Positions 14,793 through 29,235 are shown, numbered from the stretch's first letter. The stretch is 64,000 nucleotides of DNA from Eledone cirrhosa (GCA_964016885.1 OZ024751.1:37076001-37140000), one strand, 5' to 3'. Numbers and translations: made by a program. Notes: generated by a model not told the origin, from the letters alone.

Positions 14793-15159
14793 TGCTTAAT
14801 TTTCACTAAATCATTACATTCATGTTTTCTTACGAATGAGTGTATATCTGCACTTTTTAAAAACTTATTTTCTTTGCAAATGAATTGAAGAAGATAATAA
14901 AATATATATAAATATATATTTAAAAGCATAGTTGTTTTATTTCTTTCTCATATTCTAATCCATATTTTAATTTAGTATCATTATTATATCTGGAATTTTT
15001 CCAGCAGCAGAATTGAGAAATCGTCTGAACGCCAGACTATATGCCGCTCATTAATTAAGTATGCAACTATGTGTGTTAAATAAACACCTACGCTAACTTA
15101 TCATATTTTCTGCTAAACTGTTCCACGTACAACGTTATAGAGATATATGCATGTATGGG

Positions 15160-15370
15160 GATTCGTAGGGAAGCCGTATCGAAAGGAAGTGAGAAAGACA
15201 TAGAGAAAGGATCGACCATAGTGTATGACTGGTGCTTTATTTATAGACCTTGAAATGATTAAAAGCACAGTCGACCTCGACGGGATTTGAGGTCAAAGGT
15301 CAGAGAGGCAAAAAGTATACGGCAAATTATTCTATCCGACGTTTTAACGACTCCGACAATTCGCTGCCTT
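15160..15370 (-). mobile_element. Older related SINE with a different 3' tail (another at about 32120-32340)
   Basis: Degenerate central domain and B-box; both copies share ATAGAGAAAGGATCGACC. Confidence 0.6.
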
Positions 15371-15741
15371 CACATTGATAGAATTGGTATACAAATACGT
15401 AAGTATATATTGTTCGAAAAGTCGGTAAATATATGGCCGGTCCGGACCCTTCACCAAGAAGACTGGGTTAATCCCCCCCCCCCCCCCCGCCTGGATATAA
15501 TTATAAGCACTACAGAAAAAGATATTTCGTAGTTTCCTAATTTAAGGCATTAGTATGTGATACGATTACTATTTACAACGGGTGTGTTAGTAGAAGTATG
15601 CAAGGAGATGAATTAACTCTACCATCTTGACTTCAGCGTATATGTCAGTACTGTTAATAGCTTAATACATTAAGGTCCAGCGCCTTCACGACACAAAAGA
15701 ATATGGCTAGTATATGTGTTTTATTATTTTGGTCCGGGGAC

Positions 15742-16035
15742 AAATTCTGTCATGGTTAGCTTTGCTTTCATCCTTAAGGGGTCGATAAAATAAAGTATCA
15801 GTAATGAACTGGTGTCGATTTAATTGACTATCCCCTTCCCTTCAAATTGTTGGCCTTATGCCTAAATCAGAAACCATTATTTTGGTCTGGTGAAAAATCC
15901 CGCCGTGGTTAGCTTTGCCTTTCATCGTTAAGGGGTGGATAAAATAAAGCACCAGTAATGCACTGGGGTCGATTTAATCGACGTTCCTCTCCCCCAAATT
16001 GTTGGCCTTGTGCCTAAATCAGAAACCTTTATTAT
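15742..16035 (+). mobile_element. Two tandem 3' halves of the SINE (long variant)
   Basis: Two CTTTCATC..GGGGTCGATAAAATAAAG..CCCAAATTGTTGGCCTTGTGCCTAAATCAGAAACC units. Confidence 0.8.
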
Positions 16036-16949
16036 AATTATTATTCACTTCATTATAAACAAACTAATCAGAGGATATAACTCTTTCGAAATTGGTTGCG
16101 TTTCATTTCAATCATTCGGTTTCTCTTCCATGTCGTGATTTATTAAATTCTTGTATTCCTCTAATTCTTCCTTCACAGCAGAGAGAGTATCTAAGCTGAA
16201 GAATATGTTGCTGCCACCATTGATCAGGTGAACTCCTCTCTACTACATTAACCAGAATATTTCATTTAATTTGATTGAAGTAAATATTTGATTAAATTTC
16301 ATATTTCTTGCTTAATTAATGAATGAGCCACTTTCGTGCACCGCATCGCTGCTCCTCAAGATTTTGGTGTATAAACTATTTAAATATTTCACCTAAAATA
16401 TTTCAGTATGAAACAAACGAAAAATAATAATAAAAATCTTGCCAAGTCGCAATAAATTAGAGTAAACAAATTATCAAATCTAAAAAAAATTATTAAAAGA
16501 AAATTGAATCTATTAATTATTTTTTTTTAATCTATAAAAATTGTCATTTAAATTATTGAGTAAGTTGTAAGACATTTTGGCTGAGATATATCTTTCTGGA
16601 ATTTCTGTGATACACTCACAGCATCTTATAATAGTGGGAGGAGAGAGAGAGAGCTGGGTGGAGAAGACTTACTGATTATGAGGGAGGAAGGATGTGTGTA
16701 AGAGAGAGAGAGAGAGAGAGAAAGAGGGAGAGGGGGAGAGGGAGGAGAGAGAAAGTGGCAGGCGGAGAGGGAGGGAGAGAGATAGTGGACACACACATCC
16801 AGACAAGGGAAGTGTGTGTGGTAGAGATATAGAGTGAGTGGGGAGATAGATGGAAGGAACGAAAAATAACTTTATAGATTTTACTTACTATTGTATTAAT
16901 GTCAATCTAGAATTTAAATTTTCAGGCCAGTACAAACAACACACATACA

Positions 16950-17086
16950 TGCAGCAAAGAGTTACAGCCCTTTATGGCCTGAGTTCAAATCCCGCCAAGG
17001 TTTGCCTTTCATCCATACGGGGTCGATAAAATAAAGTACAAGTAATACACTGGGATAATTGCTGGCCTTGTGCCAAAAGTAGAAAC

Positions 17087-17090
<4 letters not shown>
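16950..17090 (+). mobile_element. SINE copy, 5'-truncated
   Basis: GAGTTCAAATCC B-box; ends GGCCTTGTGCCAAAAGTAGAAACAATT. Confidence 0.85.
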
Positions 17091-17115
<25 letters not shown>

Positions 17116-17122
<7 letters not shown>

Positions 17123-17460
17123 AAAAAAAGCTGAAATCGAAAATGCAACTGGAGTCTTATTTTTAAAAATATATATATATTTATTTGGTTCCTTTACCGG
17201 TTTCGCAGTTCTTCTGCTTTTCAAAAATAGAGTTGAGATGGAGGGTTTGTGGTTTTTCTCACATCAGATGTGAGAAAAACCACAGACCCTCCATCTCAAC
17301 TCTATTTTTGAAAAGCAGAAGAACTGCGAAACCGGTAAAGGAACCAAATAAATATATATATATTTTTAAAAATAAGACTCCAGTTGCATTTTCGATTTCA
17401 GCTTTTTTTCTTTATACATTCACTCGTGTATTTTTCATTTTGTAAAAAAAAACCCACTTT

Positions 17461-17463
<3 letters not shown>
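17116..17463 (+). mobile_element. Palindromic PLE pLTR remnant
   Basis: ~150-bp near-perfect arms centred on 17266, plus ~47-nt unpaired tail, inside (TA)n. Confidence 0.75.
17305..17340 (+). ncRNA. Hammerhead variant with U3-A8 core (mirror copy at about 17192-17227, minus strand)
   Basis: TTT-TTGAAAA-GCAG(AAGAA)CTGC-GAA-ACCGGT-A-AAG. Confidence 0.6.
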
Positions 17464-17549
<86 letters not shown>

Positions 17550-18491
17550 TACACAGTCACTATGAATGTTGTTAGAAATAGCAACCAACATTACTTTTAC
17601 ATAATAAATATTTTCACTTTATCTCAGATATTGAGTGCTTTTTCTTCATTTTAATAATATTCTTTCGTTCTTTCATTATTTTTCTCTCCGTTTCTTGTAT
17701 TCCTGCTTTTTCAATATCTTTCATTCTTTCTCTTATGAAATTCCTTCATTATTTTCTCACCATCGCTCTTTAAATATCATCAATAAACTTATTTATTGTT
17801 TTGTTTCCTTCTTTTCCTTCAATTTTTTATTATTATTATTTCTTTCATCTTTGATAATCAGTCTGTTTATATAATTAGGCCCTTCTTTCTAGCTTTCTTT
17901 CTTTCATTTTTTCTTTCTATCTATTTTGCTTTCCTTCTTTTTCATCAGTCTGTATGCCTCCCCCCTTTAATCGTCTCAAAATATCTTTCTCGCTTTCTTC
18001 TCTATTTCGTTATAAATTCAATTCTTTTATTCATGCTTCTTCCTTCATATCAATCCTCTCCAACCACTCCAACCATCACCACCACCATAGCAAAACCACT
18101 CCAGCCAACACCACCATCACCAACAACACAACCACTACTCTACATATTTTCTGCATTGTTCTGGAGACTTGGTTCTGTTCACTGATTCTACCTTGACATG
18201 ACCCGTCATATACTCGGTGGAGCGCACACCTTAACGTTATTTCAATACACAAGACGGCAATATGGAAGAATTGAATAATAATAAGAGGAAGAAGAAAAAG
18301 AAGAAAAAGAAGAAGAAAAGGAAGAAAAAGAACCAGAAAAAAAATAATAAGAAGAAGAATGATGAAGATGATGATTATCTTTAAATTGGGGAACTGATAA
18401 TGATAAACATTAATAATATTAACTACTTTGTTCAATGATAGCAAAAATAAAAATAATGATATCAGTAACAGCAATACCAATAATAATAATA

Positions 18492-18867
18492 ATTGTTTCT
18501 ACTTTAGGCACAAGGCCAGCAATTACTCAGTTCATTACTGGTACTTTATTTTATCGACCCTGTAAGGATGAAAGGCAAAGTCAACCTCGGCGGGATTTGA
18601 ACTCAGATCGTAAAGGGACGTAACTATGCTGGAAAGCATGGCGTCCGACCCTCTACCAATACTGCCAATCCAGGCACAAGGCCAGCAATTTTTGGTGGAG
18701 GGAAAGTCGACTAAATCGACCCCAGTGTGTGACTGGTACTTTATTTTATCGACCCCGCAAGGATGAAAGGCAAAGTTAACCACAGCGGGGATTTGAACTC
18801 AGAACATGAAGGAGCGTAACTCTGTGCTGCAAGCATGGCGTCCAACGTTCTACCGATACTGCCAATC
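18492..18867 (-). mobile_element. Two tandem SINE copies (18492-18671, 18672-18867)
   Basis: Family consensus twice, in a (TAA)n tract. Confidence 0.85.
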
Positions 18868-19005
18868 AATAATAATAATAATAATAATAACAATGATGAT
18901 TTCATTTATTGGACACAAGGGCCGACATGTAGGGGACAATAAAAAGACACGGACAGTGGGGGTTTCAATAAGCTCGAGTAAAAGTGAAAAATGGCAAGAC
19001 GAAAA
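18868..19005 (-). mobile_element. 5'-truncated, diverged 3'-end fragment of the same LINE family
   Basis: Reverse complement AAACCCCCACTGTCC...GTCCCCTACATGTCGGCCCTTGTGTCCAATAAATGAAATCAT+(ATT)n matches the array 3'UTR; sits in a (TAA/TAC)n tract. Confidence 0.85.
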
Positions 19006-19064
19006 TACTACTACTACTAATACTACTGCTACTACTAATAATAATAATGATGATAATAATAATA

Positions 19065-19249
19065 ATTGTTTCTACTTTGGGCACAAGGCCAGCAATTACC
19101 AGTGCATTACTGGTACTTTATTTTATCGACCCCGTAAGGATGAAAGGCAAAGTCAACCTCGGCGGGATTTGAACTCAGATCGTAAAGGGACGTAACTATG
19201 CTGGAAAGCAAGGCGTTCGACCCTCTACCGATACTGCCAATCCACCGCC
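19065..19249 (-). mobile_element. SINE copy, full-length
   Basis: GGCGGTGGATTGGCAGTATCGG...AGAAACAAT+(TAT)n. Confidence 0.88.
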
Positions 19250-19724
19250 ATGATAATAATAATAATAATGTAACAATAAAAAATAGTTACACATTTAATT
19301 TACAATAAGAAAAAGAAAATCGTAAATCTGTATCGAAAATGGAAGCCGTATCTTACGTATGTTCAATATGTGCCGGCAAAATGAACAGCAAAACCCCAGG
19401 CGTTTCACTAATATTTATTTTAAATCGAAGCCTCTAGAGAAAAACCGAGACAATTTTATTTCATCTTCTCAACAAATGAGGAGATGTTAAAAACAAAAAC
19501 TGATCAATAAACTAAAATATATCTATTTTTTAAATTTAACATTTGTATGTATTGCGGACATCTTTTTTGAAATACGTAATATTTTACTTTGGTTTTTAAT
19601 TTTGTCTTGCACTCACGAAGAAAATATAACAGATAATTTAACACAAAAGAATTAGAACTTTCCTTAGGCTTATTGTGTTCTAGTTTTCAAATATCCCCCC
19701 TCTCTTTCTCTCTCACCCCTCCCC

Positions 19725-19773
<49 letters not shown>

Positions 19774-19899
19774 AAGAGAGTCATGACCCCGAAGGCTGAG
19801 CTCCGAGCGTTTCGACAGCTAGATCATTAAATCATGAATATATATATAGGCATACGTATATTATACTTTATACTTACACACCCACACCCACATACACAG

Positions 19900-19956
<57 letters not shown>

Positions 19957-19959
<3 letters not shown>

Positions 19960-20150
19960 GTTTTTTCCCGTTCTTTGCCAGGGAACGTTTCCACGAACCA
20001 AAGTATCGTCTTCCTGTCTTCCTCCGGTTGCAACGTTTTTTAAATATCCACTTCTGCGTTTACAGATTGACTTTCTTAGTTTCAGAAGATCCCGTTAAGG
20101 GTGAAAGCAGCGATTCTTTGCTTAAACTTTAATCTGTTATTTTAATAAAT
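19957..20150 (+). mobile_element. Family B fragment
   Basis: Inverted near-identical match to about 20965-21160; TA-flanked. Confidence 0.72.
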
Positions 20151-20616
20151 ATATATATATATATATATATAAACTCATGGATTATTTGTAACAAATTATT
20201 TTACTAGAAACTTAGATCGTCAAAAACACATTTTTCAAAGCATTTTATTTGGCAAGGGACCTAATTTAAAGTTCTGTGGCATAACGTAGAGTTCTGAGTT
20301 CAATTAAACCTTTGGGTCAAACAGGACATTTGAGGTTCTCACTTTAAAAACAAGGTTAGCAGATTTTTGGAGACAGGCAAAGTTGATATCAACCCCAGTA
20401 CTTGACTGGTACTTAATTATATAGACCTCGGAAGGATAAAAGACGAAATTAATCTCCTTAAGATTTGTATCCAGAAAGTTAAGAGTCAGGAAAAATCCCG
20501 CAACGTCATTTCATGCTCCACCAATTCATGCAACAACAACCCCTACCAAATACATAAATAAGTAAATAAATATAATAAAAAAAAAAAAATAATTATATTG
20601 GTTTCTAACTTAATAA

Positions 20617-20804
20617 CTGTTTCTACTTTAGGCACAAGGCCAGCAATTACCCAGTGTATTACTGGTACTTTTTTTTATCGACCCCGTAAGGATGAAAGGC
20701 AAAGTTAACATCGGCGGGATTTGAACTCAGAATGGCAAGGGCCGTAACTCTATGCGCCAAAGCATGGCATCCGACACTCTACCAATACTGCCAACCCACC
20801 GCCT
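20617..20804 (-). mobile_element. SINE copy (degenerate relative at about 20345-20520)
   Basis: Family consensus; flanked by a CTAACTTAATAAC direct repeat (TSD-like). Confidence 0.85.
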
Positions 20805-20877
20805 AACTTAATAACAAGGACGAACATGTGAGGCAGGCGAAAGCCGAGTATATATATATATATATATACATATATAT

Positions 20878-21758
<881 letters not shown>

Positions 21759-21765
21759 TATATAC

Positions 21766-21796
<31 letters not shown>

Positions 21797-21849
21797 CATA
21801 TATATATACATATATATATATATACATATATATTTATATATACATATAC

Positions 21850-21952
<103 letters not shown>

Positions 21953-22059
21953 CATATACATATATATATACATATACATATATATATACATATGAATATA
22001 TATATACATATACATATATATATATACATATATATATACATATACATATATACATATAC

Positions 22060-22091
<32 letters not shown>

Positions 22092-22396
22092 ATACATACA
22101 TATACATATAAATATACACACACACACACACACTATATATATGTATATATAAGTATATATATATATATATATCATTGCTCAAAGGTAAGTAGCATTTATT
22201 ATACATATTTCAACTTTAAATTGAATTATATAAAAACTAAAAATATGCTTTTTGGATAACCAGAAACCTGTCACCAGGTGTCATTTTATTATAGCATAAA
22301 AAACGGTTTCCTTTTTTTAAAGATGGAAATATGACATGCCTACAATCACCAACACACACACACACACACACACTCGCGCGCGCACCCTCCCAACAC

Positions 22397-22427
<31 letters not shown>

Positions 22428-22469
22428 CATGTATGTATATATGTAAGTGCCTATGCAAGCATGTTAGTA

Positions 22470-23070
22470 TGTATGTGTATTTGTATGCACGTGTGTACGT
22501 ATGCATGTATATATGTATATTTGTATACACGCCTGTACGTATGTATGTATATATGTGTATTTATATGCACGCGTGTACGTATGTATGTATATATGTATAT
22601 TTGTATGCACGTGTTTACGTATGTATGTATATATGCATATCTATATGCACGCCTGTACGTATGTATGTATATATGAACATTTGTATGCACGTGTGTACGT
22701 ATGTATCTATATATGTATATTTGTATGCACGCGTGTACGTATGTATGCATATATATGTATATTTGTATGCACGTGTTTACGTGTGTATATATATATGCAT
22801 ATCTATATGCACGCGTGTACGTATGTATGTATATATGAACATTTGTATGCACGTGTGTACGTATGTATCTATATATGTATATTTGTATGCACGCGTGTAC
22901 GTATGTATGCATATATATGTATATTTGTATGCACGTGTTTACGTGTGTATATATATATGCATATCTATATGCACGCGTGTACGTATGTATGTATATATGA
23001 ACATTTGTATGCACGTGTGTACGTATGTATCTATATATGTATATTTGTATGCACGTGTGTACGTATATAT
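22470..23070. repeat. ~40-bp minisatellite with 162-bp higher-order period
   Basis: Unit TATGCACGTGTGTACGTATGTATGTATATATGTATATTTG; identical variant blocks at 22681, 22843 and 23005. Confidence 0.85.
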
Positions 23071-23371
23071 GTTTTGTATGTATGCCGATATACTGAGTAT
23101 ATTTTCTCTTTTTAACAGCAATGTATTTTAGTACAGATAATCTATTTTCCTTGTTCATCGCCTGGAGAGAAGGAAAATCACGACACAAAAAGATTTATTG
23201 AGCTAACCTTACAGCAATGAAGTAAAACAAAAAGAGCTCTGAATTGGTAGAATCATTAGAGCCGTGGATTAAAAGACTTCTCATATTAATTCCGGATCTC
23301 TGCATTCTGATTTCAAATCCTGCCGAGGTTAACGTAGCCTTTCATCTATTCATGGCAGACAAATAATGATA

Positions 23372-23548
23372 ATTGTTTCTATTTTAGGCACAAGGCTAGC
23401 AATTATCCAGTGTATTACTGGTACTTTATTTTATCGACCCCGTAAGGATGAAAGGCAAAGTTAACCTTGGCAGGATTTGAACTCAGATCATAAAGGGACG
23501 TAACTCTATGCGTCAAAGCATTGTGTCCGACCCTCTACCGATACTGCC
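23372..23548 (-). mobile_element. SINE copy (older plus-strand head at about 23240-23360)
   Basis: Family consensus. Confidence 0.82.
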
Positions 23549-23939
23549 GAGTCACGTGGTTGATTCCTGGAATTGGTAGGAAGACCGACATGATGCCTTG
23601 TGGTATTTCATTCAATTCTAGTATCATATTCCTTCAATTCTAGTAGCAACTTTCTGTCACCAGAATCATATTGAAATGATGATTCTACGGATTTCATGCT
23701 TAAACACAGGCCGAAGAAACAACCCACGTGATGGTGTGCATAAATATCTATTGTTCACTTAATGACAAGAGTAAATTAAATAGGATATATCATCAGCTAG
23801 ATTCCTCTCCATGATTGATATAATTGGTGCTAGATTCGAACCGATTGTAACTGTTTAAATCTTCGAGTTGAGCCGTTGTAAAATACGTATCACGCATAAT
23901 TATGAATAAATAGTATTGCGTTGAAACCTCGATCAATTT

Positions 23940-23981
<42 letters not shown>

Positions 23982-24852
23982 TATGCATTTATACACAAAC
24001 TAATCTACATGTATTTATATGTGTATTTATCAAAGTCTATATATTTCTGTTAGTGTAAATAATATTTATGTTACTAACAACCACCAAGTCAGAAGCGAAC
24101 CAGCTGCCTATATGATCTCATCTTTATGAATAAACGCGAAACCAATAGAATACGTTCATTTGTATATTTTTAGTTCATTCACTCTGGTCAATTTCATATA
24201 ATTGTCTTCCCAAGACGCGAACTTTTACAACTGGCATTTCCGTTTCTGACTATCTAATTCTGCAACTTTTTTAATGGCGTTACTCGTTTATTCACCCCAG
24301 TAACCGAGTCTAATTTTCTGACTTATTTCTTTCTCAGACCTTCACAATAGCGCAATATTCACCCCGTAACCGTATCATTTGTTATTTAACTCAAAGGCAA
24401 GCAAAGGCTGGTTTTCTGACTTTCTTGTTATTGCTGTGAAATGTATTGTTCCTTCTATAGTTCCTAGCGGTTAATGACCTTAAAATTCTCTTAACTGTGT
24501 TGTAGGATGTTCATTACATTCCTGTCTCTAGTATTATTGCCGTCAGTAGATTTTGTCCTATAATTCATGTGTCGTATTATGGCTTAAATTCTTTTGTGCA
24601 ATTTAGCATTCTTTTTAACTTCTGTTACTGGAGAAGCAAGAATATTTCCAATTACATTGTCATCAAGATTGAGATATTTTCCTGTGTTATTTCAGTGTTA
24701 GTGGGATTCCTTCCAGAATTAAACATTTTATAACAATTTATCTTTTTAATGTTTAAAGCCTATAGGTGATCTCAGCAATCATTAAAAAAATATTTCTCAT
24801 TTTAAATTGTGGTTTTTTGTGTGTTTAAGTAGGAAAGTTTAAAATGTAGAAT

Positions 24853-24909
<57 letters not shown>

Positions 24910-26275
24910 CATCGTTAAACATATGAGCAAAACCACGAACAATTGATCGCAACATTACACACACTTGAAGATTTTCTATAAAGCTAGCAAAAGATATTTC
25001 AACATACGTGATACGAATTTTGCATACGTTTTGCAATAACATTTTACACGTTTATATATGCACAAACTAATAACAGAAAGCAATTATTTATCATAGATAA
25101 ATATTATTTATTAAGAGAAAATGTAACAAGTATAATGACAGCTAGAACCAAAAAAACATGCATGAATTAAATTGAGAACTAAGAAACGATAACAACACAT
25201 ATATACATGGGGCGCAATAATTAGCTTCAGGATGACAGGAGAACATGACACTGGTAGGATTTCATTAACGCAAATTCACAGCTTTTCGAAAATTTAATAT
25301 AACTAATTGTATATACCGGCATGAATTGCCTATGAATTCCATATAGAATAATATTTAATATAATTACAGTTTAATTTTTATTCTTATTTCTTATCAGTAA
25401 GCTGATTATGACTTGTATATAATTGATTCAGGCTTTAGAATGAAGACAACATAAAGAGGACCAAACTGCCATAAACCACGACATACCATGTAACGGATGT
25501 AAGTAGCAATATGCAATATGGTCCACATTTAGACGGATGCATGCAATATCTAGTGAAATGAATGTACATATCACACTAGAGGGTCCGACTGAAAACTATC
25601 AAGCCATAGGTTTGCTCCCGTATAGCGGTCCTATGGCTACAGAAAGAAGACAAATATAACAAGTAACATGAGATCTTATATACTATGAGAAGAAAGAATG
25701 ATCGACATTCACGATAGCAATGTCTTTCTCCAAGGATATTAACAAGGTTAGTGAAGTGAGACAACTTCAAACGAAATTTGAAATTATGTTGCAGCCTAAG
25801 ACTGCCGGAAGCTTAAATCTTGTAGGAAAGACGTAAGCTCCCGGCAATGAGGAATACATTAAGTGATCAACCAACTAGCTAAAGATTGTAGCCAATTCTT
25901 CCTCAAATCAAACAGAACACCATCGTCTGAAACTAGAAGATATTATATAACGTTGTCCAAGATAAAATGATGACATGGCTGGAATGCAATTAATCATAGA
26001 TTAAGTTGACTTGGGGCTAAACAACAACAGTAACAGCGACAAAAACATTAGGGAAGCTAGTTATTACTTATCTCTTACATTTGAAATGATTGACTTGACC
26101 ATGGAACACCGCATTAGGCATAAAATATTTCATGCCTAATAGAAATAAATAATTCCTCTTTTGAACCTCTGAACATTTCTATGATTCCATGTCGTTGAAC
26201 CAAATTAAAGAATGGTTAGTCTACAGAAAGACGATAAAATATAAAATATAATACATACATATATATATATGTGTA

Positions 26276-26318
<43 letters not shown>

Positions 26319-26484
26319 GCATATGTGTGTGTATTTATATATATATTCATGTATATATATACGTATGTGTGTATATATAAAGGTTTTCCATTTAATTTGA
26401 TAAATTGCTAAAAAGTTTCAAAGAAATCTTATCTTGCTTGGAACCAATTGCTAATTTATCGCTTCACTACAAATGATTATTAAC

Positions 26485-26519
<35 letters not shown>

Positions 26520-26573
26520 GAGTATGTGTGTGTATGTATATATATATGTGTGTGTAGATATATCTATATATAA

Positions 26574-26611
<38 letters not shown>

Positions 26612-26681
26612 GAGTATGTGTGTGTATGTATATATATATGTGTGTGTAGATATATCTATATATAAGTATATCTATATATAA

Positions 26682-26735
<54 letters not shown>

Positions 26736-26876
26736 CATGTACACACATACACGTATAGACTTATATCAATATATAAACGAGTGTGCATATATGTATATAT
26801 AGCTATGTATATAGACAATTACATAAGTCTCCGTATCTTCATGTTTGTGTATGATCACTTGTGTCAGTATATATAT

Positions 26877-26918
<42 letters not shown>

Positions 26919-27569
26919 ATGTGTGTTTATACATACAGTCAGATCAATATATTGAAATAATTCATACACACATGCATGCACAAACACATACATTCTACAC
27001 ATTAAAAAAAACATCCGCACAAACCAATAATTCATGTTCAGACATAAACATATACCTAAACATACACACACACACACACACACACAAATGCGTAAATTTA
27101 CGCATGATTTCTCTCTTCCATACATGCATGAATTAATGTACATGTTTCATATAAATGGATTTATAGATTTCAGATCGTGTGTATATGTAATTAGCTATGA
27201 CTAGTAATTATGTTATGTAAATGTATATCAAGCAGAGATATTGTGTAAATTAATTCAACACTATATACTTATATATATATATATATATATATATATAAGT
27301 ATATGCTACTAGATTATTCCAGTATAAATATATATATATTTATATATATATATATGTGTGTGTGTGTGTGGGTGTGTGTGTGTGCGTGTGTATGTGCGTG
27401 TGTATGTGCGTGTGTGTGTGTGTGTATATATATACATAAATATATATATATATATATTTATGTATATATATACACACACACACACGCACGCACATACACA
27501 CGCACATACACACGCACATACACACGCACAAACACACACACACACACATCCACATACACACACACACAT

Positions 27570-27606
<37 letters not shown>

Positions 27607-27892
27607 TATATATTTATATTAGAATCATCTAGTAGCATGCAACATCATGAAATGTACTTTTAAATATCTGGGGGGAAAAGTGACAAAATAAATGTATATT
27701 AGTAGCAAAATCCACGTTAAACTTTTTCGAATTATGTACATGCGAAAATATTTTAATATTAATTTCCAGCAATATACGTTATTAACACTTACTTTACTGT
27801 ATTATTAATGAAAGACAAAGTCTATATATTTTTAAATCGTTTTGAAATTAATCAAGTGTTTGGAGGGTTATCATGTTTATACCAGAACAAAT

Positions 27893-28320
27893 TTCTTACA
27901 TAAAATTAGAATGAACATTTTTTAAATGAATAAAAATATTTTAAATTATACGTTGATCCCCAAAGATATATTTAAATAAAGAGCTACACCACCACCACAA
28001 CCACCACAGTCACCACACCACCATCACCACCTCAACACTACCACCACCAAACCACCACCACCACCACCACCACAGACACCCCCCAACACCACCACAACAT
28101 GCTTAATTTAATCTTATACCATTGTTGAGACACCATAGCGCCCTCTGTCGGCCAGGAATTGAAACTATTGTGTTGCCGGAAGTTACCGGAAGTCTTTATA
28201 ACACTCTTCAGAAGAAGTTAGAAAGTTCTTACATAAAATTAGAATGAAATATTTTTAAATGAATAAAAATATTTTAAATTATACGTAGATCCTCAAAGAT
28301 ACGTTTAAATAAAGAGCTAC
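27893..28320 (+). repeat. ~95-bp direct repeat (27893-27987, 28226-28320) enclosing a 240-bp insert
   Basis: TTCTTACATAAAATTAGAATGAA...TAAATAAAGAGCTAC occurs twice. Confidence 0.85.
28136..28193. promoter_or_regulatory. CTCF-like site plus two tandem ETS (CCGGAAGT) motifs
   Basis: Minus strand TGGCCGACAGAGGGCGCTA; CCGGAAGT at 28176 and 28186. Confidence 0.4.
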
Positions 28321-28417
28321 CAATATATATGAAGGATTTAGGCAGAGAAATATTTAGTGTATGAAAATACATTTGTATCTCTCTCTTACTACTACTAATA
28401 CGAGTACGAAGAGGAAT

Positions 28418-28590
28418 AATGGTTTCTGTTTTAAGCACAAGGCCAGTAATTTTGGGGAGAGGAAAGTCGATTAAATTGACCCCAGTGTGTGACTGGTACT
28501 TTATTTTATCGACCCGGTAAGGATAAAGGTAAAGCTAACTTAGGAGGAATTTTAAATCAGATATGTAAAGTGACGCAACTCTATGCCGCA
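28418..28590 (-). mobile_element. SINE copy (long variant)
   Basis: GCACAAGGCCAG..GTCGATTAAATTGACCCCAGT..GGTACTTTATTTTATCGACCC. Confidence 0.8.
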
Positions 28591-28771
28591 AACATAATAA
28601 TAATAAAAATAATAATGATAATTCTAACAGCATAAATACACATTCCTCCTCAGATATCCCATCACCACCATTGCTATATGATATTGATCGTCATCATGAT
28701 CATCATCATCAAAGTTTTCATCATCATAAGTACCATAAGCATCTTTTTACATGTCTATAAGCGACGCTTCC

Positions 28772-28833
<62 letters not shown>

Positions 28834-28844
28834 AGAAGAGAGAA

Positions 28845-28877
<33 letters not shown>

Positions 28878-28891
28878 TTAAGAAATAGTGG

Positions 28892-28923
<32 letters not shown>

Positions 28924-29182
28924 CAGAGCGAGAGGTTAAAAGAGAAGCAATGTCTGTTTAAGAAAAGAACAGACGGTTTTAGGAATGTAGCGAGCGCGTT
29001 ATTTAAAATGTTACACACTTTGTGAACTTGAGGCAATTTATATTGGCAAAATTTGACATTTAATTAATCAAAAGTAAGAAAAATAGCCAAGCTGAACACT
29101 GAAAGACATAACAGTTCAATTGTGGTCGGACATCTTACGTCTGAATGCTAATAATCTTGTCAGACTATATATATATACATAT

Positions 29183-29235
<53 letters not shown>

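Noticed and set aside
25575-25790. Mariner-like terminal sequence (TAGAGGGTCCGACTGAAAACT)
   Set aside because: No partner TIR or transposase found; too degenerate to call.
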